Shown in pieces: positions 11,695 through 23,379 of a DNA stretch of 33,386 nucleotides. Location of the stretch: contig NC_057718.1 in the NCBI RefSeq assembly GCF_004010195.1, positions 55,336,196 through 55,369,581 on the forward strand, written 5' to 3'. How positions within the stretch are numbered: the stretch's first letter is position 1; every line of letters starts with the position of its first letter. The stretch is from Chiloscyllium plagiosum. Taxonomy: Eukaryota. Position numbers and translations under genes: made by a program. Under the pieces are notes generated by a model. That model was given only the letters and a program-made list of their open reading frames with translations, did no database searches and was not told the DNA's origin.

Positions 11695-11950
11695 GGAATC
11701 TTAGAAGTTAGCTTCTCCTGTCCGCTCCATCATTCAATAAGAGCATGACTGATTTGGTTGTTCCACATTTCCACCTACCTATGCTTTAAAAATATTCAAA
11801 CAATCTCTTCCTCTAAGAAGTGGTGGAAACAGAGTTCCAAAGACTCCCAACCCTGTGAGAAAATAATATTCCTTATCTCTGTCTTAAATGAACCCTTATT
11901 TTAGAACTGTGACCTCTAGTTTTAGATTCTCCCATAAGTGGAAACATCAG
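11695..11950 (-). mobile_element. Old CR1 3' fragment
   Basis: ctccatcattcaataagagcatgactgat...agagttccaaagactcccaaccctgtgagaaa...gtgacctctagttttagattctccc. Confidence 0.7.
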
Positions 11951-12386
11951 AGAGGAATTTAATAATCAGGATACTAAATGATTAATAAATAAGCTAATTC
12001 ACACAGGTTAGGTTAGTTTGGATCTTAAATTTAAGATTGTAATGGAAGGCTCTTGACTTGGTGTATGGTGAACAAAACATTGCAGTGTACTAATGCTTTT
12101 ATAGAAGATCCAAACTAAATTTCTTAACATTCAATCTTCAGTCTTAAGATGTATAATTTTACTGTGTTAACAGTTATTTTTAAACTTGTCTTTTCAGTGA
12201 TATGTAGACGTTTAGTTTCTTCTCTTTAACTGCCATTGATCTGAGAGGCGTAAGCAGATAGTTGACAAACCTCAAGCAAAATCTGAAATTGGAGTTTTCA
12301 CATTTCTCCTCTTCCAGACCATTATTCCACATGATGTTGAATGCAAGGAATTCTATCCCAGAGAAAACAATTAATTATGTCAATTC

Positions 12387-12671
12387 GGGTGGCATGGTGG
12401 CACAGTGGTTAGACCTGGATTCAATTCCCGGCTCAGGCAACTGTCTGTGTGGAGTTTGCACGTTCTTCCCGTGTCTGCGTGGGTTTCCTCTGGGTGCACC
12501 GGTTTCCTCCCACAGTCCAAAAATGTGCAGGTTAGGTGAATTGGCCATGCTAAATTGCCCGTAGTGTTAGGTGTAGGGAAATGGGTCTGGGTGGGTTGCT
12601 CTTCGGAGGGTCGGTGTGGACTTGTTGGGCCAAAGGGCCTGTTTCCACACTGAAAGTGGTCTAAAAAAAAA
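12387..12671 (+). mobile_element. HE1-type V-SINE
   Basis: ggcatggtggcacagtggtta...ctgtgtggagtttgcacgttc...gggccaaagggcctgtttccacactg. Confidence 0.92.
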
Positions 12672-12914
12672 TTTACTTTAAAGCAAGAAATGGGCAAACT
12701 AAGAAATGGAATGGTCCAGAATACCAAATAAGATTAGATTCTTGTCTGCTATACTTGTCAGAATGTAAGATCTTGCACAGAATATGGGAATCACTGACTA
12801 GACCAGCAGTTGTGCACGCCTCTATTAGAAGGTTGTGATGAGTTGCTGCCTTGACCCATTTTGCGGTACTCATGGTATAGGTGCACCCAGGGGAACTGCT
12901 GTGAGGAACTAAGG

Positions 12915-13025
12915 CTCTAGAGGTGCAATGTTGGTGTCTCTCCTCTGAGCCAGGAGGCCTCAGTTCACACCTCACCTGCTCCAAAGGTATATAATAGCAT
13001 CTTTAACAGATTGATAAGAAAATAT
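12915..13025 (+). mobile_element. Possible short tRNA-derived SINE remnant
   Basis: ggtgcaatgttggtgtctctcctctgagccaggaggcctcagttcacacctcacctgctcc looks like a decayed tRNA-type head. Confidence 0.4.
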
Positions 13026-13029
13026 TTAT

Positions 13030-13260
13030 CTTTTCATGCAGAGGTTGGTACATGTATGGAGTGAGCTGCCAGAGGAAGTGGTGGAGGCTGGTACAAGTGC
13101 AACATTTAAGAGGCAGTTGGATGGGTATATGAATAGGAAGGGTTTGGAGGGATATGGGCTGGGTGCTGGCAGGTGGGACTAGATTGGGTTGGGATATCTG
13201 GTCGGCATGGACGAATTGGACTGAAGGGTCTGTTTCCATGCTGTACATCTCTATGACTCT
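13030..13260 (+). mobile_element. CR1/HER1 LINE 3' end
   Basis: gagctgccagaggaagtggtggaggctggtaca...gggtctgtttccatgctgtacatctctatgactcta. Confidence 0.9.
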
Positions 13261-14270
13261 AAGGAACTCCAGCATATCCTGAGACTGAAGTAGCTGATCT
13301 CCAACAACCATTACCATCTTCTTCTGTGCGAAGTATGATTACAACCAGTGGAGAATTTTCATCCAATTCACATTGCTTTACTCAGGATCCTTGATGCCAC
13401 ACTCAGTCAAAGGCTGCATTTTAGGGCAATAACACTCATCTCAACTCTGGAGTACGTCCATGTTTGAACCAAGGCTGCAAGAACAGAAGTTGGATGGCTC
13501 TGGCAGAATCCAAATTGATCCTCCGTGCATAATTTATTGTTGGATAATTGTCATTTCAATAGATAGCACTATCAGTGACATCTTCATTTGCTGATGATTA
13601 AGAGTAGACTGATTGATTAGGTAGTAATTGACCAGGTTGGGTTTCTCCAGTTTTTGTTTTGGACAGGGCAGGTTTGGGCAATCAAAGAATCCCTACTGTG
13701 GGGATAGAGGCCATTTGGCTCATCGAACATCTGCACCAGCATCCCATCCTATCTCCATAATCACTTACTTATCATGGTTAATCCACCTGATCTGCACATC
13801 CCTGGACACTATCAGGAGATTTATTATAGCCAATCCACCTAATCTGAACACCTTTGGTAATTTCCCACATTATTGGATAGATGTTTGTACTGTAGACAAA
13901 CTGGAGCGGCTTGACAAAGGTGTGACCGGTTCTGGAGCACAGGCTTTGATGTTATCCAGGTCCATGGCCTTTGTGGTATCCTCTGCTTTCAATTGTTTCT
14001 TGATATCATGTCGAGTAACTCAAACTCATCAGTGATACAGGGGACCTCAGAAGGTGATTGAGATACATCATGCAGTTGGCATTCCAATTGAAGGTAGCTT
14101 TATCTTTTTAGCACTAATGTGTTGGTATCCCCCATCATTTAGAATAAGGGTATTTGTGTAACCTCCTCATGCAGTTGTTGTTTAATTGTCTCTCACCATT
14201 CATGACTGGATATGGCAGGACTGCAGAGCTTAGATCTGATCGTTTGTGCGTCACTTAGCTCTGTCTATTT
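13261..14270 (-). mobile_element. Decayed CR1-group (Zenon-like) LINE RT-region fragment, interrupted by a SINE
   Basis: Aligns by eye with 22440-22905 (ctccaacaaccat..atcttc, ccttgatgccacact, gtccatgttt.aaccaaggctg). Confidence 0.75.
13681..13856 (-). mobile_element. HE1-type SINE 3' half inserted into the LINE
   Basis: Reverse complement reads ccaaaggtgttcagattaggtggattggcta...gccaaatggcctc...gggattctttgat. TSD-like attaccaaa / attgcccaaa on the minus strand. Confidence 0.8.
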
Positions 14271-14429
14271 TGAGACTCTTCCTTTGGTAAAAGAAATGTG
14301 TTGGGTGTAACACAAGCAGTGAATTCTATGTAGTTTATGGAAGGAATGTGTTTAATTGTTTTTCTGTTCTGTACTTTTTTGATACTGCTGAAAATGTCAG
14401 AGAAATAATTGACAAGCTATTCATAAAAT

Positions 14430-14770
14430 CAAGAAGCACAGAAGGGAAACATGCAACCATTCATTCTTTTCAAACTCTTTGAAGAGCAATTCAGTTTATC
14501 CCACTTCCTTGCTCTTTCCCCATAAATGCTGCAATTTTTATTCTTTCCAAGTCTATATCCAGTTCTGTTTTGAAACAGACTATTGAATTTGTTTCCCCCA
14601 CTAAGGCATTCTTTCCAGATTATAAGAATGTTACATTATAAAAAGATCATCGCTCCCTTTTTGGCACTTAACCACAGGACGTAGCGTTTAGATATCAACC
14701 GTGCTGTCAGTGAAAAATTTCTCCACCTTTACTCATCAAAACTCCTCAATTTTGAACATCTCTGTATATT
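14430..14770 (-). mobile_element. Very old CR1 3' fragment
   Basis: cccacttccttgctctttccccata...atatccagttctgttttgaaa...tttactcatcaaaactcctcaattttgaacatctct. Confidence 0.5.
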
Positions 14771-14784
14771 ATTGCTCAGACTTT

Positions 14785-14990
14785 TAATATAGGAGTTGGG
14801 ACTTTATGTTGAGGTTGTACAAGACAGTTGTGAGGCCTCTTCTGCAGTACTGTGTCCAGTTCTAGTTGCCCTGTAATAGGAAGAATATTAAGCTGGAGAG
14901 GGTTCAGAAGCGATTTGTAATATGTTGCTGGGAATGGAGCATTTGAGTTATAAGGAGAGCTTGGATTGGCAGTGATGTTCACTGGAGCTG
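14785..14990 (+). mobile_element. CR1 RT C-terminal fragment
   Basis: MLRLYKTVVRPLLQYCVQF*LP...KLERVQKRF. Confidence 0.8.
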
Positions 14991-16807
14991 CATGGTGCAA
15001 TTTAGGGAGATCCACAACACCAGTCAATGCTGCAGAAACAAGTGTAGGATATTGGAATATCTAGGTTGTTGATTCAACCTGAGGGGACTAAGTCATGAAG
15101 AAAGGATCAAACAATTAAAGATCTTGTTAGTTGAGTCCGTCATTAGGATAAAATATATGAGAAGATGTACGCTGGACTACTGACCCGTTATGCTTCATTT
15201 TACCTTCTTTTACAAAGTTGAAATCTGTTCTCATTCTGGTTTGGTACGGCTACTTGCTTATATACAATGGAAAGGCCCACCAGAATGATGACCACCATTG
15301 ATTCCTTCCCATTTTGTAATTAGTGGTTTCTGAAACATATATAATGTGATATTTTCTATATAATGATGGGAAATTGGCTTGGTTTCTAAAGTTTTAAAAT
15401 ACTCACATGCAGGCTGGCATATTCAGTTTTCGAAAATGCTTTCTGTTATGGTAAATTGTTCCACTCTGCAATGCTTCTGCAGCTATATATATGCTTTCAT
15501 ATATTTCTATAATCTATTTAAATTATGTCATTGCGTGAAGTCAGAAAAATCAAGTCTATGTTGTTGCAACACTTTACCAGAAAAGTGGGGTTATGTTAAA
15601 TATTTTGGAAATGCATGATATTTAATGACCTCTAAAACAACGGGTGTTCTTTTTAATACTGAAATGAAAGTTGTGCGCATAGTGTGAGATTGTGACATGC
15701 TTTCTTATTGATAGATGCCAATGAATTAAGGAGCATTCTATATAATACATTGTTATTAAAGCAAAAACAAAGTATAATTTGATAGTGGTTTAGAACTCGA
15801 ATATAGTTCTGTCAACAGAGTTCTTATTTAACATGTATTTAGAGCAAATGGAAATGGATGATTTATTGCAGGACATGCTCCTCAGTTTTTCCCCAACACG
15901 TAGATGTTAAAAGTTCACAATTTGCTTCTTTAATGGGAAGTGACAAAGACAGCATTTGTGGCTTTGGTAATGTCTATTGTTCTATTGTGGAAGTTTGTGC
16001 ATTGTTTCCTGAAAATGATTATATCCTGTGTACCTGAATACATCGTTAATTCAATGATAAATCTTAAAAAAAAAAAGCACTAGGAAAGAATACTTGGTAA
16101 GACCTTGCAGAGGTTTTGTGATATAACATAATAATGAAAAACATCGCACTCATAGGCTTCTTAGACTGTCAAAATGTCCAAGTATATTCTGTGAATATAT
16201 CCACATAGTGAAAAGATATTTACAACACAATACATTCATGCATTCAATGTTACTATGTTTATGCTTTAGAACTTTCATTTCTGGGAATGAACCTTTTGCA
16301 GTAACAGCTATGACTGCACAAACTAAAGCTTGAACAATTTCTGTGTCTGTTGTTATTGACACTTTTAAACACATCTCAGGACTTATGAAGTTCTCAAGCT
16401 CTGGGTACTTGAGGCAGAATTTCAAGACATTATGTAGGTGAATACATTGTCAAAGTTGCTTTGAATTTATCAAAAAACATATTGGTTGTACACAATATGG
16501 AAGTATTAAAAATTCCATGAAAGCATGTTATAAGTTGACAAATATTAATATGCTAAAAGATCAGAGTGTCATTTAACATTTGATTCTGCAAAGTTAGAGG
16601 TATTATCCCTTGATACTGCATCATGGTTTCATACATGGGAAAACAAAATTATAATCGCCAGTTATCTCAAGTCCCAGCTATCTAATCAGGTGGTTTTCAT
16701 GGGACCTACTTTGAATCTGGTTTTGCTTTATAGGGTTCACAAAAGATGTGCAATCTATGGCAAAATAAAACAAGGTTTAATTGGTACTTTAACTTTAATT
16801 AGGGGAA

Positions 16808-16975
16808 ATCATAGAATATTGCAACATAGAAGCAGATTATTGAGCCCATTGTGTCTATGTTAGTTTCTCACTGGATTAATAGTGCAATCCAGTGAGTCGA
16901 CTTCCTGGCTGTTTCTCCATACCCCTATTTGTGTTTTCCCTACAAGCATTTATCCAAATTTCCTTTTGATATTTA
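16808..16975 (-). mobile_element. Old CR1-type 3' tail
   Basis: aatcatagaat...agcccattgtgtctatg...caagcatttatccaaatttccttttga. Confidence 0.5.
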
Positions 16976-17834
16976 ATTTGATTCTGCTTAAACCATGCAA
17001 AAAGAATGCCTGTTTAATGAAAAATCGCATCAGAGCGACCTCACAATTCAGATATTTACAGTGGGTTGCGTTGCTCAATTTCCAGCTGCAAAGTTGACTA
17101 TGGAGCTTTGTGTATGTTAGACGTCTGCACTCATAAATCAAATTGCAGTCAATTTGTTGAACATTCTCTATATGTAAACATTCAAACACATTGCCTTCTA
17201 TCTTTCATCCCCTTCTCCATCATCTTCCCTTCCATTTGAACCTTCCTAAACAAGACTCTTGCTTTGTTTCCAAAATTAAACATACTTTGAATTGGCGATA
17301 TCTGAATATGCATGAATAATTCCTAACTTACTTCTCCAAGTTGCTGTTGTATTTATATTACGTTAAACAAATTCTGCAGGAAGGGCTAGATTTCCTTAAC
17401 TGACTGTGTTGTCCAAGGACGCGTACTGCTCTTTGTTCTGAACTCAACCAGAACAAATGGTATTTCTGTACCTAGAAGTGCATTAAATGTTGGTGTCCAT
17501 TTTAAAAAATGCTGGCATACTGAAATTAGTTATTTAGTGACTTTTGTAAATTTGGTCAAGCCTACATTCCAGTCAGTATTTAGCTTGCTTTTCTGTATGT
17601 GCTGGACAAATTAGAAATGTTAATTTCAAACTTAATATGAGCAAGGAGATGCTTGCAATATTTTCCATCAGTCACGTAGCATTCTGATTTCATTGCACTG
17701 TTCCTGCATATTCCATGTAGAATTTATTAAAAATTGAAATGTGATTGTATTCATTGTTATGAAACCATCCTCTGTAACAGAAATAACTAGCTAACCTCTT
17801 GCAGTTCCTGATGTTGAATACACTATATACAGAC

Positions 17835-18215
17835 AAATTCAGAAATGCAAAAACAGAAATTGCTGGAACATCTCAGCAGGATCTGTACAGAGAAATCAGA
17901 ATTAAAGTTTCAGGTACAGTGACCTATCGGAGGTTCAAACACTTCCCCCTCCCCTCTCTTGCAAACAAGAATGCAGAACAAGCAGTGACAGAATACAGGT
18001 AAGTGATTGCTGACATGGTGCAAGATAAGCTTTACAGCTGACAACTCGAAGAGCTTCCAGTTGCTTGCCACTTCAACATGCCTCTGAGTTCCCACACTGA
18101 CAGCAGTGTTCCAGCGAACCTCAGCGCAGGCTTGAAGGACAACGTCTCACTTTTCCACTTTGGGGACCTAGCAGTCTCTAGGACTCAACATTGAGTTCAA
18201 TAACTTTATGGCCTA
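17835..18215. mobile_element. Penelope-like fragments: inverted pLTR (-) then GIY-YIG C-terminus (+)
   Basis: aaaaacagaaattgctggaacatctcagcagg...aagtttcaggt; then PVACHFN...GLNIEFNNF. Confidence 0.65.
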
Positions 18216-18279
18216 ATTCCATACTTCCAAATTTCTATCAATCTCATACCCAACCTTTCTATGACGTATTTTGCTTTCA

Positions 18280-19015
18280 ATACAACCTCTCCCTCAACGT
18301 CAGCAAAATCTAAAGAGCTGATAATCAACTTCAGGAAGCAAAGAGGAGGGCATGCCCATACCTACATCAGTGGAGCTAAGGTGGACATGGTCGAGACTGT
18401 CAAGTTCCTAGGAATGATGATCACCAACAATCGGTCCTGGACCACCCATGTTGATGCAACAGTCAAGAAGGCACAACAACATCTCCTCTTCCTCAGGAGT
18501 CTAAGGAAATTTGGCATGTCCATAAGGATCCTCACTAACTTGTACCGGTGCACCATAGAAAGCATTCTATCTGGATGTATCACGGCTTGATATGACAACT
18601 AGTCTGCTTAGGACCGTAAGAAACCACAGAGTCGTGAATACAGCTCAGACTATCACGTGAGCCAACCTTCTATCCACTGACTCCATCTATACTTCTCATT
18701 GTGGAAAGACAGCCAACATCATCAAAAATCCTTCCCACCCTGGTTATAATCTCTTACAATCTCTCCCATCAGGCAGAAGATACAAAAGCTTAAACCCGTG
18801 TACCAATAGCAAGAACAGCTGTTATTAGACTTCTGAATGGGTCTCTCAAATTTCAAATCTAATGTTGATTTTGCTTTTTGTGCATTTTGTTTTGCAGCCG
18901 GAACTTGTATTCCTCGCTGTTCAATTATATTATGATCTTTGTATGTTATGATCTGCCTGTAAAACAAAATGGTTCACTGTACTTAGGTACAAATGAGGAT
19001 AATAAATCAAACCAA
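18280..19015 (+). mobile_element. Rex1/Babar-clade LINE 3' portion
   Basis: KELIINFRK...VETVKFLGMMITNNRSWTTHVDATVKKAQQHLLFLRSLRKFGM...YRCTIESILSGCITA; tail aataaatcaaaccaaac. Confidence 0.85.
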
Positions 19016-19016
19016 A

Positions 19017-19278
19017 CTTTTCACAGGGACTGTTCCCTTTGGGATACTTTTTTGTCCACTCCTCCTTCATTTCCCAACACTACCCCTCACTGCCACAGCA
19101 CCTTCCCATGCAATCACAGAAGGTGTAACATGTGCTCATTTACCTCCTCCCTCCTCACTATCCTAGGCCCCAGTCACATCTTCTAGATCAATCAGCAATT
19201 TACCTGTGCTTCATTAAATCTAATCTACTGTATTTGCTGTTCACAGTGTAGGCTCCTTTGCATTAGGGAGATGACACA
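19017..19278 (+). mobile_element. Penelope-like fragment (Cys-rich linker and start of GIY-YIG)
   Basis: FHRDCSLWD...TFPCNHRRCNMCSFTSSLLTILGPSHIF*INQQFTCASLNLIYCICCSQCRLLCIRE. Confidence 0.8.
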
Positions 19279-19962
19279 CAACACAAACTAGGTAATTCCG
19301 TATGCTGGAAAATGGCTTTAGAATGGATAGATGTTTGACTAGCACAGACATGATGGATCACAGATCCTCTTTCAATGTTTTTGGTCGATTGCAATAAAAG
19401 CTTTATTTCTCTTTTGGCATGTAGCTATATCACATGTTAATTAAATATAGTACTAGTTCAAATTAAGGAGAAAATCACAAGATTATTTTGACTGAAAGGA
19501 AGGAATTTTATTACTTTACCTGAGAAAAATAATAAACATGGCATCAAATGCAAACACAAACACAGTTACGAATGTTTAAAAAGGAGACAGTTCTAGTACA
19601 GACAGGAAGAATAAAGAATATGCAATTCGAGAGTCCTTGAGGTGTTGGAATTTTAAACCCAAGAGATCATGGTTGATGATTTGTATCCTGAGCAGCAGCA
19701 AAATAACCTTTTGAGTTTTTGGTGAATGGTTGTTTCTCCAATTTGCTTTTTACACCTAGTGTTATCTCCTGAGGCTGAGCGAAACAACAAGAAAAGAAAG
19801 GGTCATACTTGCTGTTGCCATTCCATTTTTTGGTCTCCCTGTCTGCGGCTCTCCCAATGTGGTTCATTTGCATATTTCCAAGTGTGTCTTTTTCAAGTAG
19901 GCAATCTTTCATGTCAAATATGTGCCATTTATCATACAAGTACAAATCAAAACAGAAGATGA

Positions 19963-20280
19963 GGTGGCACAGTGGTTAGCATGCTGCCTCATAGTGCCAG
20001 GAACCCAGTTCTATTCAATTTTATGAATTTTGCACATACTCCCCATGTCTGCGTGGGTTTCCTCCCACAGTCCAAAGATGTGCAGGTTAGGTGGATTGAC
20101 TTTGCTAAATTGCCAATAGTGTTTAGGGATGTGCAGACTAGGTGGATTAACCGAGGGAGATACAGAGGAAGGATGAAGGGTGGGTGTGGGTGGCATACTC
20201 TTCGGGGGGTGAGGTGGGGGTCAATGTGGACTCGATGGGCCGCATGGCCCGGTTTCAAACTGGAGGGATTCTATGAATCC
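19963..20280 (+). mobile_element. HE1-type V-SINE
   Basis: ggcacagtggttagc...cccacagtccaaagatgtgcaggttaggtgga...gactcgatgggccgcatggcc. Confidence 0.88.
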
Positions 20281-20659
20281 GTGAGAGTTTCTTGATGATT
20301 GATTCAGCTGAAAAGTTTCAATGTCAAATTATAATATTAGTTTTGTTTTTTTTAATTCCACATTGCTTTCATGAACTCCCCTCAATCTGTGTCTGATTAT
20401 TGCTGCTATTTTAGATTCATGTTGTTTTTTCCTTTTTAAAACCACTTCCGTCCATGAAGATCTCTATTAATCAAATTATGGAAGTTGGAAATCCGTACTT
20501 TATCATCCTAATTGGTTGAACAACCCAGAGGCCAAATCCTGATGCTATTGCTCTGAGAAAGAACCTTGGCAAAGCTTGCTCCTTCATCAGTCAGGTTCTC
20601 AACTCATAAATGAGCCCACTGTTCTGGTAGGAACTGTTATAATAAAACTTCAAATGAGT

Positions 20660-21068
20660 TCTGCTCTCACCCCTTCCCTTTCTTTCCAGAAACACAATGG
20701 ATTTTGCCTTGTCCCAAACTTTCTTTCTACCAGACTGTAGACTTAAGTAATCATTCTCCACTAGATCCACCACCTCCAGTTGATGGTATCACAAAACTAA
20801 TCTACCCTTCCTTCCTTCCTTTTCAGCATTTCAAAGAGACTTCTTTGAGACTCCCTGGTCCACTCCTTATTCCCACACAACAGCCACCCTTCTAATAGCA
20901 TATTCCCATGTGAATTTGCAAAGCTGCCATTTTAACTCCTCATTTTCTTCTATTTAGTGTGCCTAATGTTCCTTTGAAGTGAAACAATGATTTGCTTCAA
21001 TTTCACATGTTGTATTTACTGCTCACAATATGGTCTTCTCTACTCTGAGACGAAATACCAATCAGGTG
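20660..21068 (+). mobile_element. Decayed Penelope-like ORF fragment
   Basis: tttcagcatttcaaagagac..gagactccctggtccactcc; tgtatttactgctcacaatatggtcttctctactctgagacg (CSQYGLLY.ET). Confidence 0.6.
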
Positions 21069-21255
21069 GGCGGCACGGTGGCACAGTGGTTAGCACTGCT
21101 GCCTCACAGCGCCAGAGACATGGGTTCAATTCCCGACTCAGGCGACTGACTGTGTGGAGTTTGCACGTTCTCCCCGTGTCTGCGTGGGTTTCCTCCGGGT
21201 GCTCCGGTTTCCTCCCAGGGCCTGTTTCCACACTGTAAGTAATCTAATCTAATCT
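21069..21255 (+). mobile_element. Young HE1 SINE with an internal deletion
   Basis: CpG-rich head ggcggcacggtggcacagtggttagcactgctgcctcacagcgcc and a repeated taatc tail. Confidence 0.92.
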
Positions 21256-21296
21256 TGCTTCTATTCAGTTCACAAGGGGTGAACCCAAGCTTCCAA

Positions 21297-21470
21297 GGTG
21301 GCACGATGGCTCAGTGGTTAATACTGCTGCCTCACTGCATCAGAGACCTGGGTTTGATTCCATCCTCGGACAGAATTGCCCCTCTGTGTGGAGTTTGCAC
21401 TGAATGTGTGGGTTTCCTCTGGGTGCTCCGGTTTTCTCCCACTGTCCGAAAATGTGCAGGTTTGGTGGAT
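21297..21470 (+). mobile_element. HE1 SINE 5' half (split by a LINE insertion)
   Basis: tRNA-like head through gtgcaggtttggtggat; the sequence resumes at 22906. Confidence 0.85.
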
Positions 21471-22905
21471 TTTTTTTTCAGTTTATTCATTTGTGGGATG
21501 TGGTGTGATTAGCATTTATTGCCGGTCCCTAGTTGCCTTTTGAGAAGGTAGTGATGAACTGCCTTCTTGAACTGCTGCAGTCCACCTGCTGTGTGTTAAA
21601 CCATAATGCCATTAGGGATCGAATTCCAGGAGCTTGAACCAGTGACAGTGAAGGATTTAGTGATATATATCCAAGTCAGGATAGTGAGTGGCTTGGAGAG
21701 GATATTGAAGATGAGAGGTGCTCCCATTTATCTCCTGCCCTTGCCCTTCTAGATAGAAGTGATCATGGTTTTGGTAGATGCTGTCTGAGGCTCTTTAGTG
21801 AATTTCTGCAGTGAACCTTGTAGATAGTACATACTGCTGCTACTGAGCATCGGTGGTGGAGGGAGTGGATGCTTATGGGTGTAGTACCAATCAAGCTGGC
21901 TGCTTTGTCCTGGATAGTGTCCAGCTTCTTGAGTGTTGTTGGAGTTGCTCTCATCCAGGCAATTGGGGAGTATTCCATCTCACTCCTGACTTGTGCCTTG
22001 TAGATGGTGGACAGACTTTCGGGAGTCAGGAGGTGTGTTCCTTGCTGCAGTATTCCTAATCTCTGACTTGCTCTTGTATCCACTATGGTGAGTCCAGTTG
22101 AGTTTCTGGTCAATGATAACCCCCAGGATGTTGACAGTGGGGGGCTTCAGTGATGGTGACGCTTTTGAATGTCAAGGAGTGGTGGTTAGATTGTCTCTTG
22201 ATGCTGATGGTCATAGCCTGGCATTTGTGTGGCACAAATGTTATTTGCCACTTGTCATCCCAAGCCTAGATATTGTCTAGATCTTGTTGCATTTGGACAT
22301 GGACTGCTTCAGTATCTGAGGTATCTTGAATGATGCTGAACATTGTGCCATTATTGGCGAACATTCCCACTTCTGACCTTATGATGGAGGAAAGCTCATT
22401 GATCAAGCAGCTGAAGATGGTTGGGTGAAGGAAACGACCCTGAAGAACCCCTGCAGAGATATCCTAGGACTCCAGATGACTGACCTCCAACAACCATAAA
22501 TATCTTCTATGTATGACTCTAACTACTGGAGAGTTTACCCCCGTATTCCCATTGATTCCAGTTTTGCTAGGGCTCCTTGATGCCACACTTATTTAAATAC
22601 AGCCTTGATGTCAGGGCTGTCACTCTCACCTCACCTCTGGAATTCAGCTCCTTTGTCCATGTTTAAACCAAGGCTGTATGAGGTCAAGAACTGAGTGGTT
22701 CTGAGCAGAAACCAAACTGTGTGTCACTGAACAGGTTATTGCAGAGCAGGTGTTGCTTCATAGCACTGTTGCTGATCATCAGGAAAGTGGTGGAAGGCGT
22801 CGAGAGTAGACTCATGGGATGGTAAGTGGCTGGGTAGGGTTTATCCTGTTTTTTACGTACATGACATACATGGGCAATTTTCCACATTGTTGGATTGATG
22901 CCAGT
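21471..22905 (-). mobile_element. 5'-truncated CR1-group (Zenon-like) LINE with its 3' tail
   Basis: TGINPTMWKIAHVC.V.KKQDK..PATYHPMSLLS; TQFGF; LSTIYKAQVRSEMEYSP.AW...LDTIQDKAA; A-rich tail on the minus strand. Confidence 0.85.
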
Positions 22906-23058
22906 GATTGACCATGTTGAATTGACCATAGTGTACGGGGATATGTAGATTAAGTGGATATAGAGTCTGGGTGATTCTGGGTGGGATGCTGTTCGGATGG
23001 TCAGTGTAAACTTGATGGGCCAAATGGCCTGCTTCCACACTATGGAGGTTTCTGTTAT
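22906..23058 (+). mobile_element. HE1 SINE 3' half
   Basis: gattgaccatgttgaattgaccatagtgt...cttgatgggccaaatggcctgcttccacact. Confidence 0.82.
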
Positions 23059-23379
23059 TCATCTGGGTGACCTGTCAATTTAATTTGTTTTCCTCCCCTC
23101 TCACTCTGATCCCTCTTTGAACAAGGATCAATGTAAGTCAAAAAAAAACCTTGTCTTTCTGTCGCTACTTTACAAACTTACAGACTCAATTTTGAATTAG
23201 CAATTTCACATCGTAGCCTCATTTAATCTTAAATGAAGGCATTGATGAGGGCATGAAAGTAAATTTGAACAAAAGTGAACTGACAAGTTAGGCTAATGAA
23301 TAGGCCAATAGAGTTGCAGTGGCAGATATAGAGCAGATATACTCCAATAAAAAATAAAAAATTCTAAGGAAAGAAACAA

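Noticed and set aside
15379..17189. Short ORFs of 60-90 aa in AT-rich unique sequence
   Set aside because: No recognisable domains or splice context; consistent with chance ORFs.
21069..21140. tRNA genes at SINE heads (also 8545, 9165, 9751, 12387, 19963, 21297)
   Set aside because: The A/B boxes run directly into SINE bodies, so they are SINE promoters rather than tRNA genes.
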